Source: Pristiophorus japonicus (taxonomy: Eukaryota). Taken from it: a stretch of DNA of 64,000 nt. How positions within the stretch are numbered: position 1 is the stretch's first letter; every line of letters begins with the position of its first letter. Below, in pieces: positions 1 through 12,425 of this stretch. The notes under the pieces were generated by a model. It was not told the DNA's origin. It did no database searches and was given only the letters and a program-made list of their open reading frames with translations. A program made the translations under genes and the position numbers. Location: the NCBI RefSeq assembly GCF_044704955.1, contig NC_091991.1, positions 125,860,001 through 125,924,000 on the forward strand, written 5' to 3'.

Positions 1-296
1 CAATCATACAGAAGTCAAGACACCAATTATTCATTACAGGGATTTGGTACAGATGCATCAGTCTGCAATACATTTCCTTTTTAAAAAAAAAACAACAGTA
101 ATATTTCATAAGATATTTTTCATATCTGATCAGCAAACACAAACAGGTGGCATGGTAAAATAATGAAAATATAGGAATTCACACCTTCACTTAAACATTG
201 ATAGCGTAGTACAGGTCTTTGGGCAACACTGCCACAGCATGAGCAAAAACTGCTGATGTATAGGTTTGATCTTACTCTGCTAAATTCATGATCTTA

Positions 297-1069
297 GGGG
301 GCTGAAATTGCCCCTTTCTCCAAGGCCTCTGGCTGTCTGAAAGCGGCGGCCATGGGGTGGTGTGGAATGGCCGCCGAGTTTCCACGGAGGGGCCGCCATT
401 TTGAAAATTGCCCTTCCACAGGTTTGGAGCGGTGTAGTGGACCGCTCCACCTGTTTTCCCGCTGTGGCATGCATGCGCCGACCCCTTACCGACTGGCTGG
501 GACCCCTTCGCAAAATTGCCCCTTTCCCGGAATTGCCCCACGGGAGCGGTCCCGCCACCGGTTGGGGCCCCCGACAGCTCTTGCTATCAGTACACTCTCT
601 GGCTTGGTGGCGTGGCCACCCTTAAAGGGGAGGTGTCGCTGCAGGCACCGCCATCTTATTTTTTTGTCGGCCAGCTGCCAGGTCTTGGGTGCCAGGCTGC
701 GGGCCCGATCGAAACCGTCCCTGGTGGTCCAGTGTTTGCCACTAAAGTGGTTGCAGAGTTCGCAGCGGCCCTCCCCTTTAACTAAAGGAGAGAGGTGTTG
801 TGACGCGCCAGCGCGATGACGTCATCAGCGTGGCACTGATGCCTTGCAGCGTCGGTCACTCCACCCCGCCCCCACTTCTGCCCCGCTAGTGTCGGCCACT
901 CTGCCTCGCCCCCACTTCCGCTCCCATGGTGAGTCACTCCCACCCCGTTCCAAAATATTCCCCGAAGTGCTGAATTTCGACGATTAGGCTGCTCCATGCA
1001 TTGGGGTGGCTAGAACACATTGAAAACGGGAGGAACGCCTCGTTTTGGGCGGTGGGCAATTTTGGACTC
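297..1069. mobile_element. Non-autonomous Harbinger-type element (MITE)
   Basis: Imperfect TIRs gggggctgaaattgccc / gggcaattttggactc after TTA; GC-rich body; related copy in opposite orientation at 59971-60717. Confidence 0.7.
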
Positions 1070-1294
1070 AAGTTCTGTTGCTTTGAGAGACAACAATTGG
1101 AGCTTAAGCATTCCCTCAGAAAAGGAAAATGAGTATGTGAAAGGCAGTCATACCCAAATTACTATTCTGCACCTCTTGCCAAGTCAAAGCAGGAGCATTG
1201 ACAGAATGCTGGGAGCAGGTCGCCTGCCCTGATAATCACAGTTGCTATATTGCTGAGAAGCCTAAGGAATAAAAGGATATATTAAAAACATTCT

Positions 1295-2001
1295 GGCCTG
1301 ACTTTCCGCCTGATGTCTATTTGGATAATGGCTTAAATCAAAGAGCGTAAAAGATTGCAGAATTTTAGACGTAAATGAGTTACACCCATAGCTGCATTAT
1401 GCCCAAGAATCCACAATCTTTTAAGTCTGTCCATTGACCCCTTCACCCGAACCAGTCCCTCCAACAAAACTGGCCACGGCCCCAGGACCACGAGTTTCCG
1501 CCTATTATGCTTGTTTGAGGGGGTTTCATTCCATTGCGCAACAGATCTGCCCTGCTGCAGCAGAAATCATACATCTTTTAAAAAAAAAACTTGAAAGATG
1601 GTTCATTTTCTGGCTATTCCTCTATTGGGAGGGATAAGTTTAAGAAATCCTTCAGACGCTGTACAGAGCAATTTAAATTAATTACTGTAAAAGTTTGCAG
1701 GACAGAGATAAATGCTACATACCTTGTAGTTTCTAGTCTTGCTCTGAAGGGGAGTTTTTCCCATTACCTGTTATACTATTGCACCCTAGCACCTTGGCCT
1801 CATGTTAATTAATTGGCTTTGTTCCAGTCACAAATTGATTCTTCCCAATTACGCTTGTTGATTGTGCTGATTCATGAGAGATTTTATGCTTGAACTTATG
1901 TTAATTAGTTTGCACGGAAACTTCAGCGCAATTTCACCTCGGCCAGACAGGTGTCAGGTGCATTTTAGGTGCAATTGCACACTTGGAGGAAACTCAGTGC
2001 C
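1295..2001. mobile_element. Old MITE-like element
   Basis: Degenerate TIRs ggcctgactttccgcc / ggaggaaactcagtgcc. Confidence 0.45.
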
Positions 2002-2021
2002 TCTGTGTCTTTATGTTAAAG

Positions 2022-2145
2022 GCTCAGTGAATTGGCCTCTACAATAACCCGGCAAGTCCAGAAGAGGGAGGAAGATCTGCAGAAACTGCATCAAATACAA
2101 GTGGAGAACAACCACTCAGTAGAAAGTGAGCATGTTCACCTCCAG
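2022..2145 (+). CDS. ccdc154: CCDC154-like coiled-coil gene, internal exon A
   Basis: ttatgttaaAG|...|GTaatt; 124 nt, phase 2 in, phase 0 out. Encodes LSELASTITRQVQKREEDLQKLHQIQVENNHSVESEHVHLQ, resembling recalled CCDC154 RLAKLTDLLQQEEQGREVAC...VDLEVARMQ. Confidence 0.8.
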
Positions 2146-3129
2146 GTAATTTGATCTGGGTTGAAAGTTGTTCTCATATTACTTACATTATCTTTCCTTT
2201 AAATATTTTGCTTATTTTAACAGCGAATGTGGTGAAATAAATCAGTTTCCCTAAAACCCAATCTAGAATAACAACCACAATACCATTATTGGAATTTTAA
2301 TGCAATTTCTATAAATATGTTGCTGTGTCAGTGTAGTATAGTTTAAACAGCAATGTACAACATCATATCGTATGTGGTAGTGCAGCCCTTTGGAGAACTG
2401 ACTTGCGCTAAAGAATGTTGCAATGCAGATTTCCTACTCAACTGTTTGTGCCTGACTGTAGCAATGTTGTTGTGGGGAATTGCTGAATGAAGACCAGGTG
2501 ATTCCTCATAAGTGAAAGCAAAACAGCAGGAAATTATCCATTGACTGCTAACAAGCACCTCCTGGCAGTTGCCTCTGAGTAACGTTGAAGGACCTCGAGA
2601 GAGAGAACTGTATGCCTGCCCTCCCTACCATGATAAATGTGTGATCCAAGGAGTCTAGGGAGAAATATAAGCAACATTCACTTTTATTTTTACAAAAAGC
2701 AAAGAATAATGTCAAAGTTCAGGTTATTAATTGCTAGGATAACTCAGCTACCAAGTATCAATGGTGTTTTTGTGTCATTAGCTGCACTTTTGTAATAAAC
2801 TGGATAATTTACTGATTGGTAAAAAGTGAAATGCAATCATATTTCAGTAGGTGCATTCATATTTGGCTGCCTAAATATATATTTTAAATCTTCAGTATGA
2901 AGTATCTATTCAGTCTTGGTTGCTACATAAGAATTTAGTATTAATAAACAATATTATTTTATGGGAGCTGTGGAAACACTTTTTGTATTCCATACATTGT
3001 TAGATATTTCATTTTAACATGTTGGCTTAGTGTGGTAAAGCATAAACATTAAATCACACCAGTAAACCTACTAAAACACTACATATGATTTTTCGATCTA
3101 TATGTGTAATAGCAGATCCTTCAAGAGAT

Positions 3130-3450
3130 CAGTGAATTACTCCAGGGTTATTCTTGGAACGGCTACTATTTGTTTTTCACTAATTTGGATGAGACTATTG
3201 AAAGCATGATCTTAAAGTTTGCAGATGGCACTAAAGTCAGAGACAGAACAAATTATATGTACAGTGCAACAGGATTATAAAATGGAGCCATTAACCAGTT
3301 CAGTAGGTAGAGGTAAAATTATTAGTTTGGGAACAAGGAACCAACGTTAGGACTATGGGTGGAATGTAACAGTTATCCAGTATACTAATCAAAGTAGGGA
3401 TTTGGATATTGCTGTGGTAGAACAGTTAAAACCATCAGGTGGTTATGCAG
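3130..3450 (+). mobile_element. Highly decayed CR1 RT fragment
   Basis: Contains aagtttgcagatggcactaaa (KFADGTK), resembling CR1 KFADDTK. Confidence 0.5.
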
Positions 3451-3646
3451 CTTATCATATTTTGAGATTTTTTTTGACCTCTTTTCGCACAGAAAGGATT
3501 TGGAAAAGAGTTACATTTAAATGTTAGGTTTTTAAAGCAAAGTGTATGCATGCAATTTGTTTAAAAAAAAATAACACAGGGTTGAAGGTGGTTAAAATGC
3601 TACGAAGCTAGCCATTAATGTTGATTCTCCAAAGACTAAAAACATT

Positions 3647-4403
3647 GGGGGGGAAATTGCGGTTGGAGGTTCCTTTGTACGAACGCCTCCGACCCGGAAA
3701 AAATCTACAAAAGTACCTGGTGGTCCCAGAGAAACGTCAGATTCTGGTCGGAGGCCTAGATTCACTGTGCAGCGCATGGGGCGATGACTTCTAGGTACGT
3801 GCATACAAGCTGGAGTCACTTGGGCTTGGACCACCAATCACTATGCAGTATTCTCATTGATAAAAATGAGAACTCCGTTTGTGTGAGCTCCCATTACAAT
3901 CAATGAGAAAAACCCCTAAAACACCGAAACACAGCATAATAAATAAATAAAACACCTCACATATTTAAAATTAATTAAAATTAAATGTAATTAAATGTTT
4001 TAGAAAAAGAATATATTTTTTAGATTTTTTTAAATGTGTTTTAATAGTGTTAAAAATAAACTTACCTTAATGGACAGGGTTTTTAATATAAAAATTAGTG
4101 TTTAAATTTAAAGTTTATATGTTTTAGAAGTGTTACGCTGGTAAAAGTAAGCTATATGCCTGCTTTTACAAGGCGTAAAAGTTTGAAGGACATTCGCTGG
4201 GCAGGAGTTGGGCAAATAGCCCAATCTCTGCTGTGCGAATGCCCTTCTCCCGGGGGCCGGAGGATCTGTACGGAGAAATCTTGCCAGATCGGAAAAGCCA
4301 ATTTTCGGCGCATGCGCTTCGCACTCCGAGAACCGGTTTTGCAAGGCCTCGCCGGGTCCGTGCGCACTTCGTATGGACCCAGCAAGGCCGCAATTTTCAG
4401 CCC
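3647..4403. mobile_element. Harbinger-type MITE
   Basis: TIRs ggggggaaattgcgg / ccgcaattttcagccc; flanks ATT/AAT; GC-rich arms around an AT-rich core. Confidence 0.65.
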
Positions 4404-4708
4404 AATATGTAATTTTAAGTCCATGTCCTCTCATTCTATATTCATATCTACATCTGAATCTCTCAGTTTAAAGACCTACATCATTCCCCTCACTCCCCCA
4501 GGTGTCTTCAACAAAAAAAGTTATGCTCTGTCAGTCTCCCCTTATAAGTCAATTTGAAACATAACTTTCCACCGGGAGATTATATTTTGGGGATACGTAA
4601 ATTTGATATGATATGTAGAAAGAACAGGCTTGTTTGGCCAAGCTACCTTTTCTCATTCAGTGCTTTTTTATGTTGTTGCTTTGTTGATGATTTAGAACTT
4701 TGTTGCAG

Positions 4709-4810
4709 GGCAAAATAGGTCAACTTGTAGACAGTCTCAGCAACAAGTTATTTCAGAAGGAAATTGAATTTCGGGAAGAAGTACATATGAAATTTTTAGA
4801 TCTTGAAAAG
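4709..4810 (+). CDS. ccdc154: CCDC154-like exon B
   Basis: ttgttgcAG|...|GTgagc; 102 nt, phase 0/0. GKIGQLVDSLSNKLFQKEIEFREEVHMKFLDLEK (cf. recalled ...KSFLALEK). Confidence 0.85.
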
Positions 4811-5468
4811 GTGAGCATTCAAAGGTACTGATGAGACATTGAAATTACTTACATTTTTATAACATTTGTATTTTTTGTTTCAAGTTTCTTAAAACTGTGT
4901 TCCCTGGATGTGGGTGATGCTAGCAAGGCCACATTTATTGTCCATCCCAAGTTGTCCGTAAATGGTGGATCCAAATACAACCTTGCTACAAGGGAGTGCT
5001 TAACAGTCAGAAAGTGGAACACTGGCGTGTTTTTCTTTGTTCCTTCCCAGCTCTGGGATGTCAGCTATGTATAATGCACACCTGCACCCCAGCTAAGGTT
5101 AGTTAGCTCAGTAAATACCAGAGATGAAATCTGGCCCCTTCCTGGTTTGTATGGGCCCAAGTTTGCACCCAAGGTTAGAATGGCGCACCTCTGTGAGGTG
5201 CGGCAATTTTTTAGAACAGAAACAGTGGCTATTATTTACCTTTGTATTCTCCACGGAGCAGCACTGATGTAGGGCCCTGGCGTAGCGCAGCAGTACGCGT
5301 AGGGGGCGAAAACAGTGTTGGGACCTCTGCACATGCACGCTAGAGTGTGCGCGCATGTGCAGTAGCTCCTCGCCCCCAGATTCTGTGTGCGTGTGCTGCA
5401 GATTGTGTGGGAGGGGCCCAAAGCACGCCGCCCCTAGCCCTGGCCAAATGGGCTCCCTGCCGCGACCT

Positions 5469-5607
5469 GCGAAGGAACAGATGGCAATGTCCGTCATTGG
5501 AGACAGGAGGTTCCAGGAACAGAAAGCCAAACAAGAAAGGGAGAAGGAGATGGGAAAAGTGACCATCAAGAAAGAAGATGACTGAGGCCATCGAGTGTTC
5601 CTTGAGA
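5469..5607 (+). pseudogene. hypk: Intron-less, internally deleted HYPK (huntingtin-interacting protein K) fragment
   Basis: Translates AMSVIGDRRFQEQKAKQEREKEMGKVTIKKED, then in a shifted frame MTE and AIECSLR; matches recalled HYPK TAMSVIGDRRSREQKAKQEREKELAKVTIKKEDLELIMTEMEISRAAAERSLR. Confidence 0.85.
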
Positions 5608-6386
5608 CTGTTTCGGAGATGTTCGCGGTGGCGGGGGTAGCAGGAAAGCAGAGATTGGGGGCAAGACGTGAGTAGGATGGGACCTGGACAGGCTCATATG
5701 TTTAAAGTTGCTTCTCCCCCCCCCCCGGCCCTTCCTCTCCTTGCCCCCCCCTCTTCTCGCCCCACCCCCACTCCTCACCCTCTTCTCGCCCCACCCCCTC
5801 TCCTCGCACTCTCCTCGCCCCTCCCCCCCGCCCTTGCCCCTCATCGGCGGCCCGCTGCCTTCCCTTCACATAAAAATAGGACTTCTATTTTTTATTTGTT
5901 ATTGATTGATTGATTGCTTATTACTTTGGTCTTGATGCTTTCGATGTAGGGTTCCTTCTATTTTTTATTTGTTAATTAATTGCTTATTACTTTTTGTGCT
6001 TTATTTGGTGTTTTGTAAGTCTTGGTGCTTTCCTTGTATTTTTTATTTGTTATTGAATGCCTATTTTTGTGCTTTGTTTAGTGCTTAGTGCTTTAAATGT
6101 ACTTATGCTTCTTTAATGTTGTTGTGAAGGTGTTTAGTGTTTTGGAAAATCCTCTAACTTCCCTTCCACCCACCCCATCTCTGGCTACCTGCGCTTGATT
6201 TCTAAAGTGTCCGCAAGGTTTTTCTGAGTGTACAAAAGTGGACACATACGCTGGCCTAAGTTAGTTTGGAGTAACTATTGCTTAAATAGCCAAAACAGGC
6301 GTAAGTGGCTGGAAAGACCCCCTTTTGGAAAAAAAAACGGAACTAAAAAGAAACTGAACTAACTCACTGAAACTGGAGCAAACTAT

Positions 6387-7908
6387 GGGCCCAAGTTTCG
6401 GATGTCCTCCCAGAACGGCGCACTCCCAGAGGCCTGCCTATTTTTTAGAATTAAAAAAGCGCCTAAAACTTCCTCGCGATTCTCCAAGTTCAGCAGGCCT
6501 GTTTCACAGTCAACGCAGCGCAGCACAAGCAGCTGGGGGCGGAGCTACAGCCCTGGGCCAAAAAGAGTGCCGGCAACTGCGCGCATGCGCAGTGGAGTTC
6601 TGCGCATGTGTGCAATAGCTCCTGGCCCTCCCAGCGCGTCCTTCTCCGGGCGACTCTATACCTGACCGAAGGGACGCCACGCTGTTCGCTGCCCCTATCC
6701 CGGGCCGAGTGGCCTGCCTACCTCACCGTCCCTCGCCTCACCTCGCCACCACTGCCCTTATCTCCGTGGCGGCAGGGCCCGCCCGAAAACCTCCCCAATA
6801 GCGAGGCCCGCCCGAGCACCTATTCGGCGGTGGGGCCCGCCCGACCAGCACCTCTTCGGTGGTGAGACCCCGCCCGACCAGCACCTTTTCAGCAGCGGGG
6901 TCCGCCCGCACTCCTCTCTAGTGGCGCGCCCTGCCCGAACTGCAGTTCTTCGGTGGCGGGCCCTGTCTGAGCACCTCTTCGGCGGTGGGGCCCGCCCGAC
7001 CAGCACCTCTTCGGTGGTGGGACCCCGCCCGACCAGCACCTCTTCAGCAGCGGGGTCCGCCCGCACTCCTCTCCAGTGGCGCGCCCTGCCCGAACTGCAG
7101 TTCTTCGGTGGCGGGCCCTGTCTGAGCACCTCTTTGGCAGCGGGGCCCACCCAACCAACACCTCTTCGGCAGCAGGGCCCGCCCGAACTCCTCCCCAGTG
7201 GCGGGCCCTGCCCGAACTGCAGCTCTTTGGTGGCAGGCCCTGCGCGACCAGCACCTCTTCGGCGGCGGGACCCCGCCCGATCAGCAGCTCTTCGGTGATG
7301 AGCCCCGCCCGAACACCTCCTCGGTGCAGGCCCCACCCGAACAACTCCTCCATAGTGGGGCCCGCCCGACCAGCCCTTCGGCAGGCTGTTGGAGGGTTTC
7401 TGGTGCTGCAGTAGGTGAGTAGAAACTTAGAATTTTTTATTTTTGGATTTTTTTAAATTATTTTTTAAATTTTTTTTTGATTGGTTGATTTATTGATTTA
7501 TTTATCATTTATTATTGATGGCTTTTTATTGATAAAAGTGAAGTGTTTAATGCTTTGTAAAATCCCCTAACTTCCCTCCAACTTCCCTTCCACCCCTCCC
7601 CCCACCATCTCTCGCTACCTGCACCTAATTTCTAAAGTGTAGGCAAGGTTTTTCTGAGCGTATAAAATCTACATTTACTCTGTTCTAAGTTAATTTGGAG
7701 TAACATTTCGCTGCCTAAACTTGCAAAACAGGCGTAAGTGGCTGGTGTAACGCCCCCTTTTGAAAAAAAAATCTGTACTAAAACGAATCTATTCAAACTA
7801 ACTAGAACTGGAGCAAACTAAATGCTGAGAATTTCGATTTCAAAGATACTCCATACTAAACTAGTTGCTCCAAAAAAATAGGAGGAACTCGAGCCGAAAC
7901 TTGGGCCC
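6387..7908. mobile_element. Harbinger-type non-autonomous element (inner copy)
   Basis: Perfect TIR gggcccaagtttcgg / ccgaaacttgggccc; TSD TAT/TAA. Confidence 0.85.
6770..7382. repeat. GC-rich ~31-bp tandem repeat with a 155-bp higher-order duplication
   Basis: Unit like gcccgaccagcacctcttcggtggtggggccc; the block starting at 6866 recurs at 7021. Confidence 0.9.
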
Positions 7909-8344
7909 TAACTTGGAGAATTGCAATTTTTAAGATACTCCCATAAAATACTAGTTGCTCCAAAAAAATAGGAGCAACTCCTGTGGAAACTTGGCCCCTT
8001 GGAGTGGCACACTGTGCATCTGAGAAATTAAAAGAACAAAATCATTTACATCTAGATAAGTGAGCATATATATTCATGTTTTTGAATATTATGCCACTAA
8101 TGTAGCAGCCACTTTGCTGAAGAAGTTGTTCATTTTCAGATTAACTTAAGAAATGATGCACCATGTGATGTCACTTTTTAAAACACATACAAGATGTATA
8201 ACTGATTACACTCACTGACACTTAAGAATACTGGTATTTTGCTGTTTGACATGATCCTCTGTGTTAATGATGTACACCTTGTTTGATCTCGGAGGCAAGA
8301 ATGTATCCATGGCATATTATGAGCCAAACATATAAATAATAATA

Positions 8345-8840
8345 ATAATCCCAAGGTGCTTCACAACTGTGTTATAAGACAAAACAGATAAATTTCACAC
8401 CAAGCCACAAAAGAAGAAATTAAGGCAGATGACCAAAAGCTTGTTTAAAGAGGTAAGTTTTAAGGAGCGTCTTAAAGGAGGAAAGAGAGGTAGAGAAGCG
8501 GAGAGGTTTAGGGAGGGAGTTCCAGAGCTTAGGGACCAAACAGCTGAAGGCATGGCTACTGATGGTTGAGCAGTTATCATGACAAATGTTCAAGAGACCA
8601 GAATTTGTGGAGCGCGGACATCTTGTGGGGTTGTGAGGATGAAAAAGATTACAGACATAGGGAGGGACAAGGCCATGGAGTGATTTGTAAACAAGGATGA
8701 GAATTTTGAAATTGAGGCGTTGTTTAACTGGGAGCCAATGTAGGTCAGAAAGCACAGGGATGCTGGGTGATTGTGACTTGGTGCGAGTTAGTACACGGGC
8801 TGCTGAGTTTTGGGTGACCTCAAGTTTGCGTAGTGTAGAA
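8345..8840 (-). mobile_element. L2-clade LINE 3' fragment
   Basis: ORF 8420-8755 has LHWLPVKQRLNFKIL...LWNSLP...FKTLLKTYLF, the typical L2 ORF2 C-terminus. Confidence 0.85.
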
Positions 8841-8924
8841 TGAGGCCTTAAGTTATGTTGTACTTTTGCATTTATTCAGTAACAGCAGTCTTAAAGGAAA
8901 TGATGTAAATTTTTATTTCTGAAG

Positions 8925-9050
8925 AATCTACATAGATTACAGACTATGAGAAGTGAGCATGAGAAGGCCTGCTGGGAGGAATGTGAGAAAAAACGGATTG
9001 CTCTTCAACAATTGAATGTGGAAGAAATCAAAGCAGTCAGCGGCCAGCAG
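8925..9050 (+). CDS. ccdc154: CCDC154-like exon C
   Basis: tttctgaAG|...|GTacat; 126 nt, phase 0/0. NLHRLQTMRSEHEKACWEECEKKRIALQQLNVEEIKAVSGQQ. Confidence 0.8.
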
Positions 9051-9344
9051 GTACATGTTATATTGACACCCATTACTTTTTTGTTTCTCTTGGTATATTT
9101 ACATAAATAAGGACATTTTACCATTATTCTTGATTTGAATGATGAACAAGTTTAAATATTACAAGGCTCAGTTTTCCAGAAGTAGTGGTTTATTTTTGAT
9201 TTTTGGCTCATTTTTCCTCTGTTTATCATCTCCCTGCTTTTGCATCTCCATTAGCCAAGATAAGGTGGCCACCCTTGCAGCTCTGCATCAACTGAACTAA
9301 ATGCTGCTTTTTGGAATGGGAAATGTCCCATTGATTATTTTTCA

Positions 9345-9682
9345 TCTCCCTGAGATCATAAGGTTGTGAGTTCAAAGCTATCGTTAAGACTTATACACAT
9401 ATTGTAGATTAACACTCCAGTGCAGCACTCAAGGAATTGTCGGACTGCTGTTTGTAATTGGTTGATGCATTTCGATGATTTGGATACTAAAGTTTCCATG
9501 GCACTTTTTTGAGGTGAGTCCCTCAACCAACAAAACAAGAACAAAGTAACTGGCCGTTCATCTCATTGACATTTGTGGTATCTTGCTGTGCACAAAATGG
9601 CAGACATGGTATTACAAAGTAATTCATTTTATGTGAAGTGATTGTGATGTTTCTGATAGGCGTGATGAGGTGCTATATAAAT
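9345..9682 (+). mobile_element. Decayed tRNA-derived DeuSINE-like SINE
   Basis: Head aaggttgtgagttcaa, core tcttgctgtgcacaaaatggc, tail ggtgctatataaat; shared with the copies at 37053 and 61040. Confidence 0.6.
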
Positions 9683-9842
9683 ATATATTTCAATTGACAA
9701 ATCTAGGACTGAATACTCGCTCATTTTAGCAATGATTTTAGAAATATTGAAATGCTCTCCTGGTCAGTCTCTTTCTTATCTTTTACCCTCCGTAAACGTC
9801 AACTTATTTAAATTCTGCTGCCTATATCCTATCCTAAACCAT

Positions 9843-12021
9843 ATAAAACATAGACATAGAAAATAGGTGCAGGAGTAGGCCACTCGGCCCTTCTAGCCTG
9901 CACCGCCATTCAATGAGTTCATGGCTGAACATGCAACTTCAGTACCCCATTCCTGCTTTCTCACCATACCCCTTGATCCCCCGAGTAGTAAGGACTACAT
10001 CCAACTCCTTTTTGAATATATTTAGTGATTTGGCCTCAACAACTTTCCGTGGTAGAGAATTCCACAGGTTCACCACTCTCTGGGTGAAGAAGTTTCTCCT
10101 TATCTCGGTCCTAAATGGCTTACCCATTATCCTTAGACTGTGACCCCTGGTTCTGGACTTCCCCAACATTGGGAACATTCTTCCTGCATCTAACCTGTCT
10201 AAACCCGTCAGAATTTTAAACGTTTCTATGAGATCACCTCTCATTCCTCTGAACTCCAGTGAATACAAGCCCAGTTGATCCAGTCTTTCTTGATATGTCA
10301 GTCCCGCCATCTCGGGAATCAGTCTGGTGAACCTTCGCTGCACTCCCTCAATAGCAAGAATGTCCTTCCTCAAGTTAGGAGACCAAAACTGTACACAATA
10401 CTCCAGGTGTGGCCTCATCAAGGCCCTGTACAACTGTAGTAACACCTCCCTGCCCCTGTACTCAAATCCCCTTGCTATGAAGGCCAACATGTCATTTGCT
10501 TTCTTAACTGCCTGCTGTATCTGCATGCCAACCTTCAATGACTGATGTACCATAACACCCAGATCTCGTTGCACCTCCCCTTTTCCTAATCTGTCACCAT
10601 TCAGATAATAGTCTGTCTCTCTGTTTTTACCACCAAAGTGGATAACCTCACATTTATCCACATTATACTTCATCTGCCATGCATTTGCCCACTCACCTAA
10701 CCTCTCCAAGTCACTCTGCAGCCTCATAGCATCCTCCTCGCAGCTCACACTGCCACCCAACTTAGTGCCATCCGCAAATTTGGAGATACTACATTTAATC
10801 CCCTGTCTAAATCATTAATGTACAATGTAAACAGCTGGGGCCCCAGCACAGAACCTTGCGGTATCCCACTAGTCACTGCCTGCCATTCTGAAAAGTACCC
10901 ATTTACTCCTACTCTTTGCTTCCTGTCTGCCAACCAGTTCTTAATCCACGTCAGCACACTACCCCCAATCCCATGTGCTTTAACTTTGCACATTAATCTC
11001 TTGTGTGGGACCTTGTCGAAAGCCTTCTGAAAGTCCAAATACACCACATCAATTGGTTCTCCCTTGTCCACTTTACTGGAAACATCCTCAAAAAATTCTA
11101 GAAGATTTGTCAAGCATGATTTCCCTTTCACAAATCCATGCTGACTTGGACCTATCATGTCACCTCTTTCCAAATGCGCTGCTATGACATCCTTAATAAT
11201 TGATTCCATCATTTTACCTACTACCGATGTCAGGCTGACCAGTCTATAATTCCTGTTTTCTCTCTCCCTCCTTTTTTAAAAAGTGGGGTTACATTGGCTA
11301 CCCTCCACTCCATAAGAACTGATCCAGAGTCTATGAAATGTTGGAAAATGACTGTCAATGCATCCGCTATTTCCAAGGCCACCTCCTTAAGTACTCTGGG
11401 ATGCAGACCATCAGGCCCTGGGGATTTATCGGCCTTCAATCCCATCAATTTCCCCAACACAATTTCCCAACTAATAAGGATTTCCCTCAGTTCCTCCTTC
11501 TTACTAGATCCTCTGACCCCTTTTATATCCGGAAGGTTGTTTGTGTCCTCCTTAGTGAATACCGAACCAAAGTACTTGTTCAATTGGTCTGCCATTTCTT
11601 TGTTCCCTGTTATGACTTCTCCTGATTCTGACTGCAGGGGACCTACGTTTGTCTTTATTAACCTTTTTCTCTTTACATATCTATAGAAGCTTTTGCAATC
11701 CGTTTTAATGTTCCCTGCAAGCTTCCTCTCGTACTCTATTTTTCCTGCCCTAATCAAACCCTCTGCTGAGTTCTAAATTTCTCCCAGTCCCCGGGTTCAT
11801 TGCTTTTTCTGGCCAATCTGTATGCCACTTCCTTGGCTTTAATACTATCCCTGATTTCCCTTGATAGCCACGGTTGAGCCATCTTCCCTTTTTTATTTTT
11901 ACGCCAGACAGGGATGTACAATTGTTGTAGTTCATCCATGTGGTCTCTAAATGTCTGCCATTGCCCATCCACTGTCAACCCCTTAAGTATCATTCGCCAA
12001 TCTATCCTAGCCAATTCACGC
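9843..12021 (-). mobile_element. CR1 LINE, 5'-truncated, frameshifted ORF2 (RT)
   Basis: ORFs 11754-12014, 11230-11757, 10745-11212 and 9939-10760 carry [29 protein letters not shown] and RPHLEYCVQFWSP; (TTCTATGT)-like tail at 9843-9862. Confidence 0.95.
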
Positions 12022-12022
12022 C

Positions 12023-12425
12023 AGGTCTCACTCTCCTATCACCTCTGTCCTTTGCTAACCTAGAGTGGCTTCCAGTCCAATAATTCTTCCAATTTCAAAT
12101 TTTCATCCTCATGTTTAAATTCCTTTGTGGCCTTGCCCATCCCAATGTCTGTAATCTCCTCCAGCAATACAACCTCCCCAAGCTCTCTGTTCCTCTGACT
12201 CTGACCTTTTGTGAAATCCCCTTTTACCCCACAATTGGCAGCCATGCCTTCAGCCATCTAGGGCACATGTTCTGGAATTCCCTCCCTAAATCTTTCCACC
12301 TCATTTTCATCCTTTAAGGTGCTCTTTGATGAAGCTTTTGATAATGCCTCCTAATATCTTGTCTTTTGGCTCAGCATCCGTTTTAGCCTGATTACACCTC
12401 CGTAAATTGGTGCTATATAAATGCA
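12023..12425 (+). mobile_element. L2 3' fragment
   Basis: HAFSHLGHMFWNSLPK motif and ggtgctatataaatgca tail. Confidence 0.7.

Larger units (their letters stand above)
5153..7998. mobile_element. Harbinger-type non-autonomous element (outer copy), hosting a same-family insertion
   Basis: TIRs gggcccaagtttgcac / gtggaaacttggcccc; its 3' arm (about 6140-6386 plus 7909-7998) is homologous to the inner copy's 3' arm. Confidence 0.75.

Noticed and set aside
6758-7422. Several 110-190 aa ORFs on both strands
   Set aside because: By-product of the GC-rich tandem repeat; no domain signature.
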